A stretch of 64,000 nt of DNA, from the NCBI RefSeq assembly GCF_006345805.1, contig NC_043012.1, positions 18,910,001 to 18,974,000 on the forward strand, given 5' to 3'. This stretch comes from Octopus sinensis. Lineage: Eukaryota. Positions within the stretch are counted from its first letter, which is position 1, and each line of letters begins with the position of its first letter. Shown here in pieces: positions 14,197-25,154 of this stretch. Position numbers and translations under genes: made by a program. The notes beneath the pieces were generated by a model. That model ran no database searches, was not told where the DNA came from, and saw nothing but the letters and a program-made list of their open reading frames with translations.

Positions 14197-14690
14197 TGGT
14201 ATTGAGTGAGAGAGCAGTGCATGCCAACAAAGTGACACTGGGGTAAGATATGCGATGCCCAGTATACCCATCATGACAACAACGTCTGATAAGGGTACAC
14301 CAGTTACATGCATCACAAACATATATGTACGCCATGGTGATATCATATTAAGATAAAACAGCGCATAACTTTGTAGGAGGGTCCCATTTAGAATTTTCTT
14401 CCGGTTGAGTAGCCCATTCTGCTCAAAATGTCCTGGAATATAGTTTGTTTAAGGATGTTGAATTAAACACCTATGTTTCCAGAGGTGAATTATCCAAACC
14501 TCAAAGAATTCCTCTCAAATCAAGACTATGATGCTGCCCCACTACTGACATATCGTCAGCCACTAAGGGACATGTTCAACTGGTTAAGGTGAAACAACTG
14601 ATAAGCAAATTCGTGGTATTGAGTAGAATATTTCCTGTATCATATATTTTATACCAATACAAAACAATGTACATGATAACACTTCCATAG
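14197..14690 (-). mobile_element. Non-coding interspersed element ending in a TAC/TAA tail (candidate non-autonomous retroelement)
   Basis: About 490 bp of complex sequence bounded by (TAA)n on one side and (TAG/TAA)n on the other; no ORF motif. Orientation inferred from the tail; family resemblance is from memory only. Confidence 0.5.
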
Positions 14691-14692
14691 TG

Positions 14693-14771
<79 letters not shown>

Positions 14772-15090
14772 CATTATTATTCGATGTTTCACTTTTGCTT
14801 TGTATTTGTACAAATTGGCTCCAAGTCTCACCCAGAGACCTCAAGAGACAACAAGTTAGATCTTCATGTTGGTGTTATGCCTAGGGTGTCATATATTTGG
14901 TTTCGTAAATAGTATACCTCTGGAGAATGGTTAAGAAGATATAAGAAAATTATGAGTTTGCTTTAAAATTTGAAATTACATAGACAGTAATTTATGTAGG
15001 ATATAGGCCGTTGCGATGAGCAGTATCTTTTGAATTTCTGTCATTTTGGGGTTTCCTGGTATCTAAGCCAGGTAGCAACCGGGCCCTTTT
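14772..15090 (-). mobile_element. 5'-truncated Dong/R4-like LINE 3' end (ORF C-terminus, 3' UTR, (TAA)n tail)
   Basis: Minus strand: KGPGCYLA*IPGNPKMTEIQKILLIATAYILHKLLSM*, like the REL-element terminal motif EIQKxxLxGTAHILRKxLS. (TAA)n tail at 14696-14771. Confidence 0.8.
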
Positions 15091-15124
15091 GCTATTATTA
15101 TTATTATTATTATCATTATTATTA

Positions 15125-15830
15125 TCTCTTTATTTCAAACTCGAGTCTTGCATGCGTAGCGGGCGGGCTTGCTACCTGAAGACTATGGTACCATGCTATT
15201 CGCTCTTTTCAGGTATCTAATACTTTCCCGATTATTCTGGCCGTGCTAAAGAAGCAAACATTTTGTAACAGTTCTACTTGGCATTCTATTCCAATTTCCC
15301 TTGTATTCCTCTTGGTGCTTTCTGAATACTGTTCCCAAGGACCCTACAATAATTGGCACTGCCTTCACCTTCTTCATTTTCCTTAGTCGGACTATTTCGT
15401 ACTTCAGAGGGTTGTTTCTATCAATCTTTTCGCCTTCCTTCTTGACTACTCGTGAGTGAAATGGGCATGCAACATCAACTATATAGCATATGTGTGCATC
15501 TTATCAGTTACCAGCATTTGACCTGTTTCTATTGGGAAATTCCAGAGGACTTTGCTAGGTTCTGACTCCGCCAATCTCTGTGGTTTGTGCTTATACCAAG
15601 TCTTGCTCCTCTCTAGCCCCCGCTTTTCGCACAGTTTCCAATGGAGAACTTTCGCTACATGGTAGTGTTACTACTAATATTTGGATCATCATTATTTATG
15701 ATTATTATCAATCCTTCGTAACACAGTTATAGACATGTTTGTATGAGGTTTCTTACAATGCCTCAAAGCTGTTTTATCGCCAGGTGATCCTTGGTACCCT
15801 GAAAACTCTTCCTACATTCTTTTTGTTCCC
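15125..15830 (-). mobile_element. Internally deleted Dong/R4-type LINE (RT fragment joined to REL endonuclease region) with (TAA)n tail
   Basis: Minus strand: a frameshifted segment reading as ECRK.SRGTKDHLAI..LRHCKKPHTNMS (RT region 2), then VAKVLHWKLCEKRGLERSKTWYKHKP..SKVLWNFPIET, IVDVACPFHSRVVKKEGEKID and AVPIIVGSLGTV (REL endonuclease). Tail at about 15091-15125. Confidence 0.85.
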
Positions 15831-15929
15831 TTTTGAAACATTTATTCCTGTACACACGGCCTAGACCAATACTTTTCCAAGCACATGTACACACACACGC
15901 TCACATACACACAGATGTACACACACACA

Positions 15930-16015
<86 letters not shown>

Positions 16016-16318
16016 CGTTAAATGCATATCAATCACGAATCTAGAGCCAACGAAACATCGTTGATGAGGGTGATGGATATAGAAAAAGAATAACCTCCGT
16101 TTCTCATGCTGGTAGTGACCTACAACATAGTAAAATGGTCATCGGATAATGAATGGACTTACACACACATACACACACAATCGTATATATACTATATCGA
16201 TTATACATCAAATCTACGATAAATAGTTTATGTGAAAACTTCTATACTAATGCATTAATTTATATATACGTATGCATATATGCAGAGATACAAATATGTG
16301 TATACAAACACAAATACT

Positions 16319-16383
<65 letters not shown>

Positions 16384-16393
16384 TATATATATA

Positions 16394-16467
<74 letters not shown>

Positions 16468-17094
16468 TTAATGCACTCAAAAATATTTATTATTCCAGAC
16501 AAATAAACAAATTTAAAAGCACGGCAAAAAATGGTATAAAACGAAAATGTATGTTTTTAAACAAATCTGACAAACAAAATATGACGTTAATCCTCTGCTT
16601 CTACCGGAAAAGAAGTACATCATCATATTGGAGATATAAAATTCTATAATTTCTGTGATTTGGTGTTTCCAAGTAAATAATGACTGATTTCTAATATGAG
16701 TACAAATTTTTAAGAAAGCTTTTATTTGTGGTTTGTAATTTTCATTTCATTCGATATGAATATGATATACATTCACTTATTTATTCGTTATTCCTCAACA
16801 AGATACATTTGTGTTTTCAGAAGTGCCTATTGCAATACGATATTCTTTGCCAAATAAATAAATGTTCCGTTAGATATCATTTCACGAATTTTATAACTGT
16901 GAACAAATATGAATAATTATACTTCAAAATGTTAAGACCGTAGGAAATGAGAGAGAGAGAAAGAGAGAGAGAGAAAAAGAAAGAGAGCGACTAAAACATT
17001 TGCCTGATTACTAAGCAAAGATATTTTGATGTAAATAATATTACTGCCATTAGTTTAAAATTTTAACAGCAGGACATGTATTTGGGAGGAAAGG

Positions 17095-17215
17095 TTAATC
17101 AGTTTCATCGACTTCACTGCTCAAATGATACTTACATTTTGACTCCGAAACGACGAAAGGAAAGAAACGACATCGGCAGAATATGAACGTAGAGACGCAC
17201 GGAACGCCGCTAAGA
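17095..17215 (-). mobile_element. Degenerate SINE S1
   Basis: Reverse complement cttagcggcgttccgtgcgtctctacgttcatattctgccgatgtcg...gtcgatgaaactg matches the S1 body. Confidence 0.65.
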
Positions 17216-17250
17216 TATATATATATATACATCTCTCTCTCTCTCTCTAT

Positions 17251-17294
<44 letters not shown>

Positions 17295-17370
17295 GGAGTA
17301 AAACATAAATGTGAAACAAGGAGGAAAAAAGAGTACTCAAATACCAGTGGTAGAGTAACATGCTTAAAAT

Positions 17371-17415
<45 letters not shown>

Positions 17416-17454
17416 TATATATATAATATATATATATATTATATATATATATTA

Positions 17455-17665
17455 CATCACAGCTGCATCCTCGTTACAAGTGAAAAACCATTGCCAAGAA
17501 GACTTCACGATTGTTGCCATGTGATGCCCTTATATGACTTTGAAGCCCGGCCAGGCTTTTACCCCTTGTATTACATACTGGACAACTGTGCTGGCCGCCA
17601 GGAGAAGTAGGTGCCGCCAGATGCACTCTCTTTTTAGCTCTCCAGCTGAGAGGTATACCCTTCCC
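17455..17665 (-). mobile_element. 5'-truncated RTE-like LINE 3' end encoding one C2H2 finger
   Basis: HSCPVCNTRGKSLAGLQSHIRASH. The 3' end gcaatgg...taacgaggatgcagc resembles 60755-60786 (gcaatgg...taacgaggaggcagc). Confidence 0.6.
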
Positions 17666-17819
17666 CACAAACATACACACACACACGCATATACATATAT
17701 TTTTTTACTATGATGGGTTTGGTTAAGCAGCGCTGATTTTTACAATTTTTTAAAGAATAATAATCGAATAAAGCTTATAACCCATCACCGCCCAATGACG
17801 AAATAAAATTGTCTAACAT

Positions 17820-17885
17820 TGGGGCATATAAGTCTCCGACAGAAAAAAGTGAGTTTTCCCGTCCGCTTGGGACTCGAACCCACAT
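17820..17885 (-). mobile_element. tRNA-related fragment (B box only)
   Basis: Minus strand gtgggttcgagtccc with a T6 run downstream; no tRNA 5' half or cloverleaf. Confidence 0.35.
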
Positions 17886-18704
17886 TTCGCTCTCTTTCTA
17901 TATAAGTATATACATTTAAGTACTAGGTAATTTATACAGTGTGTGGTATACAACATCATTAGAGAAAATATTGTTTTGTTTGAGCTTAGAAAAGAAAGTA
18001 TTCGAATTTAATTATGCATGTTCTGAACAGTGAACATTGTAATTTTATTGCGAATCATATAATTGTTATGAGAGATAATCAGAGAAATATGACAATATTA
18101 CAAGTTGTAAAGGTTTCGGTACTAAGAACGTCTGAATGAATATTATTTTTAAAAGTCTGCAATAAAAAGCAATTCGTTTTGATGCTGGCTGTGAACGCTC
18201 ATGAATAACACGTATTCATAAAAACTGTTAAAAATTCAATATGTTGTAGTGGTATAAATCCAATAGTAATTTACAAATGCAGTGTAGAACCACGTAGGCA
18301 AATTGCATTCAATGCCTTTGACCTTCTTACTGCTAGAAGATGACTTCTTCCCTCCTAACCGGTTAAGAAACGATTACAAATTACTACCATTATTTTAGAT
18401 ATGACATTGCGAACTTACACGTTTTAATGTACTCTACATTGTAATGAAATCTACACGTAAACCCGGCTTGTTTACACTGTATAACATATCAATTTTCCGA
18501 ATGTTTACAGAGAATCAAATAACACTTACAGTGCCAGATTTATTTGTAATCAAATGTGTTGCTTTAAATGCATTAAAATGTTTAGCAAACTGTACAAAAG
18601 GATTCTTTTGACACATGTAGGAGCTAAGACTTCTCTCAACTATCGCGTACATAGAATGAAAATATTGGTTCGTAATTTAATCATAAACAAAGAAAAATTT
18701 TAGT

Positions 18705-18865
18705 AGAGGGGTTAATCAATACCATTGATAGCTAGTACTTATCTGATACTTTAAGGGTTATCGGTCAAATTCAACTCAGCGGGATTTGAACTCAAATCGT
18801 AAATAAACTAATGAAATGCGACAACGTGCTGTTCCTTATACTCAACAATTCTGTTACCACGTCAG
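18705..18865 (-). mobile_element. Degenerate SINE S1
   Basis: ctcagcgggatttgaactcaaatcgtaa (reverse B box) with S1 body similarity. Confidence 0.6.
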
Positions 18866-19936
18866 GTTATTTAGAACGTGATTGATCTGAGATAGTATGT
18901 TGAAAATTTAATTAAATCATTGGAGAGACAATATTTTCATATTAAATCTATCAAATTCGAGGAGAGAACACATCAATTTTGATGTCAGTTATAATATCGA
19001 GAATGCTATAATTTGTAATTGTTTCTACTTGGTATAAAATGTACTTGTCGATTTAAGTGTAATATAAGTCTGTTATTTCTTTTGCAATAATTTCAGCTAT
19101 ATGTTTGTGAGTCATGGCCATTGCGACATGTTCTCCTTTACAAAATAAACGAACTTTACTTAGATATCATCAAAGCACCTATTCATAAGCCAGAAACATA
19201 GGTATAAATATTCAATAGATAAATACATTTTTTATTAAGTCTAAAAAACTAAAAGCGATGTTGATTACTGAGAAGAATACATAAGTCAATGTTTAATTGA
19301 TTAACATTAGGATATACCATAGATACATTACACAATACTACTACAAAATGAAACTAATGTTTTTGTATATGATTATATATATTGTCACGAATTATGTTAA
19401 TTCTAAGATTGTGCTCTGTATATTTATGCAAAACTTACGGCATATACTGTCCATCATATTTTAATTTGTTAAAACAAATTCTTACATTTCTCAGCAACCT
19501 CTACAATTTACCTCGTATGAAAATAGTAAACATATATATAGGAAAGGCTGTCTATAAGTTGTATAAGTTGTATATCGGATCTCTCTCCTTCAAAAGAAGC
19601 CATAAACTACTATTTCCGATAACACACTACAAAATGATATATTGATATCTACACACACTCATAAACATTCATACAATCAGAAGCACATACATATTTCTAT
19701 ATGGATATAGGCATGTAAATAGACCTTCATGTATACATTCATAAGTATCTATGCATAAATGTGTGTATATATATATATATATATAATGTGAAATAGAAAG
19801 ATGAATAATCTTGTAGTAGATTAATCAAAAGTTTAACCGATACCTTAGTAGCAAAAATCACAGCAGTAAACAGCACGGTTGGAGGTACAACCATATGGTG
19901 TTGCAACCGTGCGTTGGTGCGGATAATTGAAATTAA

Positions 19937-20253
19937 AACATTATTGGTGAATTGAAGAAATGGAGCTGAACGCAGATTGAACAGAAATCGTTTTATTTCA
20001 TTCTACACGTGTTTCGAAAGTTTCGCCATGGGCTCTTAGGAGCATAGTTCGATTTGTTTTTGCTCCGCCTCTGTTCTGTTTTTGTTTTTCCAACGGATTT
20101 CCTATTTTCTTCCTGAAGAGAAAGACACAATATGGTCCCATTATTCAATCGGATTTTGGTAATTTGTGCCTTTCGAAACACGTGTAGAATGAAATAAAAC
20201 GATTTCAGTTCAATCTGCGTTCAGCTCCATTTCTTCAATTCACCAATAATGTT
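19937..20253. repeat. 84-bp inverted repeat (1 mismatch) with a 149-bp spacer; PLE-terminus-like
   Basis: 19937-20020 is the reverse complement of 20170-20253 except at 19983/20207. The right arm abuts (TA)n. Confidence 0.95.
20103..20196 (+). ncRNA. Putative type I hammerhead ribozyme (minimal/dimeric PLE type)
   Basis: CTGAAGA 20113-20119. Stem II GAAAGACACAA (20120-20130) / TTGTGCCTTTC (20164-20174), 10 of 11 pairs, with G10.1-C11.1. GAAA 20175-20178. Palindromic stem III ACACGTGT. GUA cleavage triplet, cut after 20186. Stem I 20103-20112 / 20187-20196, 9 of 10 pairs including one GU. AATAAA just downstream. Confidence 0.8.
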
Positions 20254-20326
20254 ATATATATATATATATATGCCTCTGTGTGTGCATATATATACAGATG
20301 CGCGTGTGTGTAAACGTATATATATA

Positions 20327-20537
20327 ACGGGAAGCTTTATGAAAATAAACAAAAGACGAAGGCAGGTGGAATACAAACAAACAATTGTATTAGTATGGCG
20401 CTCAGGAATATAAATAAAACAAGTCTTTTACGTTTCGAGCCTACGCTCTTCAACAGAAAGATACACAGAAAAGAAACACAGAAAGGAACAAGGAGAGAAA
20501 AACAAATACGTGCAGAGGCTACCGAATCAACATGGCG
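20327..20537 (-). mobile_element. Short repeat with variant hammerhead-like motif (same family as 8281-8466)
   Basis: Minus strand 20461-20424: TCTTT-CTGTTGA-A-GAGC-gtag-GCTC-GAAA-CG-T-A-AAAGA. Confidence 0.7.
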
Positions 20538-20899
20538 ATCTGTGTGTGTGCAAAACATGAAGCCATACATATGGTAGTGGAATACTTCAATAATATATAT
20601 ATATATATATATGTGTGGGTGGGGTGGGTGCGCGCGCGCGCGTGTGTGTGTGTATATTTCATATAACATGAGCAAGAGTTGGACCAAAGATTGATGCATT
20701 GTCACAGACACTATACTAAGATTTCAATGGTTTCGAAATGATAAAATTAGCACATCATGCTCAAAATTGTCACCTATATTCGGAAGCAAATATCTAAATG
20801 ATTGGAAAACTGTATTCGGGTGACAAAGAGCTACAGACATAAATTAATTCATACGACTTCAAATTTAATTATTGAGACTCTTACTAAACCTAATATGTG

Positions 20900-20933
20900 A
20901 ATCACATACCCGCTACTATATATATATATATAT

Positions 20934-20993
<60 letters not shown>

Positions 20994-21051
20994 GTGTATA
21001 TATATATATATATATTAATATATATATATATATTAATATATATATATATTA

Positions 21052-21082
<31 letters not shown>

Positions 21083-21084
21083 TA

Positions 21085-21128
<44 letters not shown>

Positions 21129-21245
21129 TATATATATATATATATGTACATATATATATATAATTATATATATATATATATATATTTACATATATATATT
21201 ATATATATATAATATATATATATATAGATATATATATATATTTAC

Positions 21246-21332
<87 letters not shown>

Positions 21333-21350
21333 ATATGTATATTTATATAT
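20900..21350. repeat. Long interrupted (TA)n tract
   Basis: Directly visible. Confidence 0.95.
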
Positions 21351-21579
21351 ACATGTGTGTTTATTGTCCTGCTCAATAGCACCTCGTAATGTTCAGATAT
21401 ATCAAATATTGTTAGCGAAAACATGAAGCCATACATATGGTAGTGGAATATTTCAATAATACAAATTGAAACACCAGATAGCCGGCTATCATATCGGTTT
21501 CTAAAATGTTGTTAATATTTCTGTTTACGAATTGGAATAGAAGATCATTAATTAAATTGGGAAACACGGAAGTTCATGT

Positions 21580-21610
<31 letters not shown>

Positions 21611-21850
21611 GTACTATAAATTTATTATGAAAAATGATTTAATATAAATCAGTACATTTGTTTCTGTGCATTACCATGAGCTGTTAATTGCACAGTGTCC
21701 CACTTATGCATATTACTATATCTACATGATCCTGCACGTGATCATGTGAATAGATTTAAGACACTGTAGAGCATATAGACAAGATTGTTCATAGTGAAGG
21801 ATGGTATAAAATGTATACCCCTGTATAACAAGTGTGTGTTTGTGTGCCTG

Positions 21851-21894
<44 letters not shown>

Positions 21895-21908
21895 ATATAT
21901 ATATACAA

Positions 21909-21941
<33 letters not shown>

Positions 21942-21950
21942 GTGTATATA

Positions 21951-22026
<76 letters not shown>

Positions 22027-22033
22027 TATATAT

Positions 22034-22489
22034 TCTTTTCTCTCTCTTCTCACACGTGACCGCTGGTCAAACCAGCCTTTCGGCCTCCGACCACTGCCGT
22101 GAGAACATTGTTGCCTTCGTCTGCCGATAAAGGCATTTTTTTTCCAAATACGCCAGCTAAACTAAGTTGTACTATTTATTAGTCGTAAGACACCCGTTGT
22201 ATTTGTCCTGTTTTTACCATTATTGTTTTTTGTATGTTATATTCGTGTGGCATCGTCCGTTTTTCTGTGCCTGTTTCGTATACATTCGATCCTTCTTCCA
22301 AGAAATCTAATGCTCGTAGCTTAGTGTTTCCTTGGGGCTGGCCGGATCGAAGCGATCGCAAGATTAATCAACCGAAATTGCTAGAATGATCCGGTTCTTG
22401 ACTGAAGATTGAAGGCTTCGAATGTCCCGTTCCTGTTTTTTGTATCGTCTTCTAAATGTTTTACGTTATTGTCCCAGTTTGTATTTTTC

Positions 22490-22492
<3 letters not shown>
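22034..22492 (+). mobile_element. Non-coding repeat-like element between (TA)n tracts, carrying a permuted hammerhead-like motif
   Basis: Complex sequence bounded by TA tracts at both ends; CTCACACGTG near the 5' end; motif at 22351-22408. PLE affiliation is inferred. Confidence 0.55.
22351..22415 (+). ncRNA. Candidate non-circularly permuted hammerhead ribozyme
   Basis: AGCGAT-C (stem III' plus UH), GCAAGA (I'), 10 nt, GAAA-TTGCT (III), 13 nt, TCTTGA (I), CTGAAGA. Stem III has 6 bp including one GU; stem I has 5 bp plus a terminal mismatch; stem II is weak. Confidence 0.55.
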
Positions 22493-22551
<59 letters not shown>

Positions 22552-23403
22552 AGTGAGGCATAAGTAACAACTAGCAAATTGTACTTTAGGCATTATCTAA
22601 AAGCGATAGTATATTTTAAATAACTGCTTCTACCATTTACGTAAATATTAAAACTGTATGTGCATAATTCTATAGACATCAAACAAATACTGCATCAGTC
22701 TCAAAATATCAGCTGACTCTAAATATAGTGCAAATCTATTTAGGCTATATATTATAATAAGAATATGATATTTGCGTGTTAAGAAAAATTGTCAGAATTT
22801 TTAGCACGGCGGGCAAAATTCTTAGCGGCTAACTTAAAAGAGAATATGCTTTATTTCTCAGGATACAGCTCTATCCAATGAGTCTATTCTCTGCGTATAC
22901 AAAATTATCCATGCGCAGTTAAATCAATATTTTGGATTTTCTACAGAGCAATTTTGTTGGTTTTTTTTCTCTATAACTCATTATTTTAGTGTGTGTTTTT
23001 ATTATCGGAAATCGCATCGAACTAATACCATATAGGATGGCTTAACAATTTGTTATTTATGGTAACTCATCGTTTATTTAAATCTCCTTTTATAAAAGTT
23101 CTCAAATATGGCATTGTTCAATAAAAACCTTCATGCTTTATATTTAGCCTTGTCTGAATGCCATCTTGTCCCATTTTCATTAAAATTTTTCTGCCTGATC
23201 TTCAATATCAGCATAATATAATTAATTTTTGTAATCTCTATATTTTGTGTACATCCACTTCAAAACATCCTTCCTTTGTGAATGATTATGAAAAGTAATC
23301 ACTTGTAGTGTATGTATTTTACTGTACGTCCAAGAAATTTTAAATCAGTTAACAAAGCATAGGTAGAGTAGTAACTTTTTTGTCTCTAAAGTTTGATATA
23401 CAT

Positions 23404-23493
<90 letters not shown>

Positions 23494-24639
23494 TATAATG
23501 TTGTGTGTTTGCGTCTGCGCGTGTGTATAGCAACATTAGAATATTCTTCAATATCCTGTAAATCTAGGTATGCATATGATTGTCCTCTGAACACTAGATG
23601 TTTAGAAAATGATCGAGTGTAGAAAGGGAGTATAATGGAGTTGAACTGAAGAACAAATGTATAAGGGAATGATTGGAAACACCAGCAGGGAGCCGTATAC
23701 ACTGCTTTCCTAGACGAACACAAGAGACACACAATATTTTCCAATCTGAGGGAGGCGTGAGCCACTCCCAAAGTAAACTCGAGTATCATGGCTAGAACAT
23801 GCAAATATAGAGGATAGTGGAACAAAGGGGATCTCTGCATTTTGAAATATTTAAATATTATAACAACAACGAAAAACGTCTCGAGTATTACGGAGGAAAT
23901 ATTCTACCTTTCATGCACAAGAAATATGTCATACTCCGAAATTTCAATTATGACCCCTTCCCTCTGCTTTGTCTATCACAAGGAGTAAGTTTTTGGATGT
24001 CGATTATGAGAAGATTATGTTCTATGTGTGACTTATACATCTAATAGACTCCCTCACTAGACAAATTTATATACGTAGTAGGCATTCAGGGCACTACATC
24101 ATTCATAGAATAAACATATTCACTTCAGAGAATTTTATAAATAATTATATGTACTTTGTCAAACATAAACAAAGAACTTGTTGTAAATAATATATATATA
24201 TATATACATACACACATATGTATTGTGTATGTGCACGCAAACACATGTAGATACACGCAGCCACACACACACACGCTCACACGCATATATATTTGAGTGT
24301 GCACGGGGGCTTAGAATACGATAATTCAAAATGTCATCCTAACAAGAGTATCTTGAAATGTGGCGAGGAAATTAAGATGAAAATAAAATTGTTAATACGG
24401 GGAAAATGTAAGTAAAAAATTAAAAAGACGGTTGAAAATATAAGCTCTAGAAGTTATCTGGGTACCTTACCTTATAGCGATTACAGCTATTAAACTAAAA
24501 TTATGAGAAAAAGATGAAGACAAAATTAGTTAGGTCACAAAATTTTCTATGAAGGTTCTCATAATAACGTAATGTATATCGGCAGCAGAAGAACTGTGAC
24601 ATTGTCGGTTACGAAGAAGAGGATTCTCGTTGATCTGAT

Positions 24640-24870
24640 AAGCGGAAGAGCCTGCTCATGAAATCTCAGTGGGATTCTGCATGACGCAAAATGTGACAAG
24701 CCTGGCGCTTTTAAATAAATATATTACTCATTTTGACCAGCTGAGGGAACTGAAGAAACATGAAATGAAATAACTTGCTCAAGGACACAAAGTATCACCT
24801 TTAGTTTAACTGAAGATCATGCGACTGCGCGTAGAATACGCTTATCCACTAAGCCACGTGTCTTTGCAGG
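24640..24870 (-). mobile_element. Degenerate SINE with CORE-like central domain
   Basis: Minus strand gtgtccttgagcaagttatttcatttcatgtttcttcagttccctcagctggtcaaaatgag resembles the central domain of the 40183 copy. Confidence 0.55.
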
Positions 24871-25154
24871 GTAAGAAATGTGAGTTATCTATTGACTGTG
24901 AATTTCGTAAGATTAATGAAATACGTTGTAAACGCTTTAGAGGCATACAAATGGATTCTAGAACCGAACGCTATAGATGTGAGTTCGATTACAAAGTGAA
25001 AACCTTCGGTATTAATCGCTAATTATACAAACCACATTAAAATCTGCGATAAAAAAAATATATAGATAGATAGATACCTACATACATATATTTTTACATA
25101 CATACATACATACATGCATGCATGCATAAATACATACATCGGTCGGTCAGTCGG

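Noticed and set aside
20900-21350. Irregular interruptions in long (TA)n tracts as a possible code or higher-order repeat
   Set aside because: No periodicity seen; single-base slips are typical of slippage or long-read consensus error.
23349-24044. 163-aa minus ORF and 75-aa plus ORF
   Set aside because: The longer ORF runs through microsatellite, and neither contains a recognisable domain.
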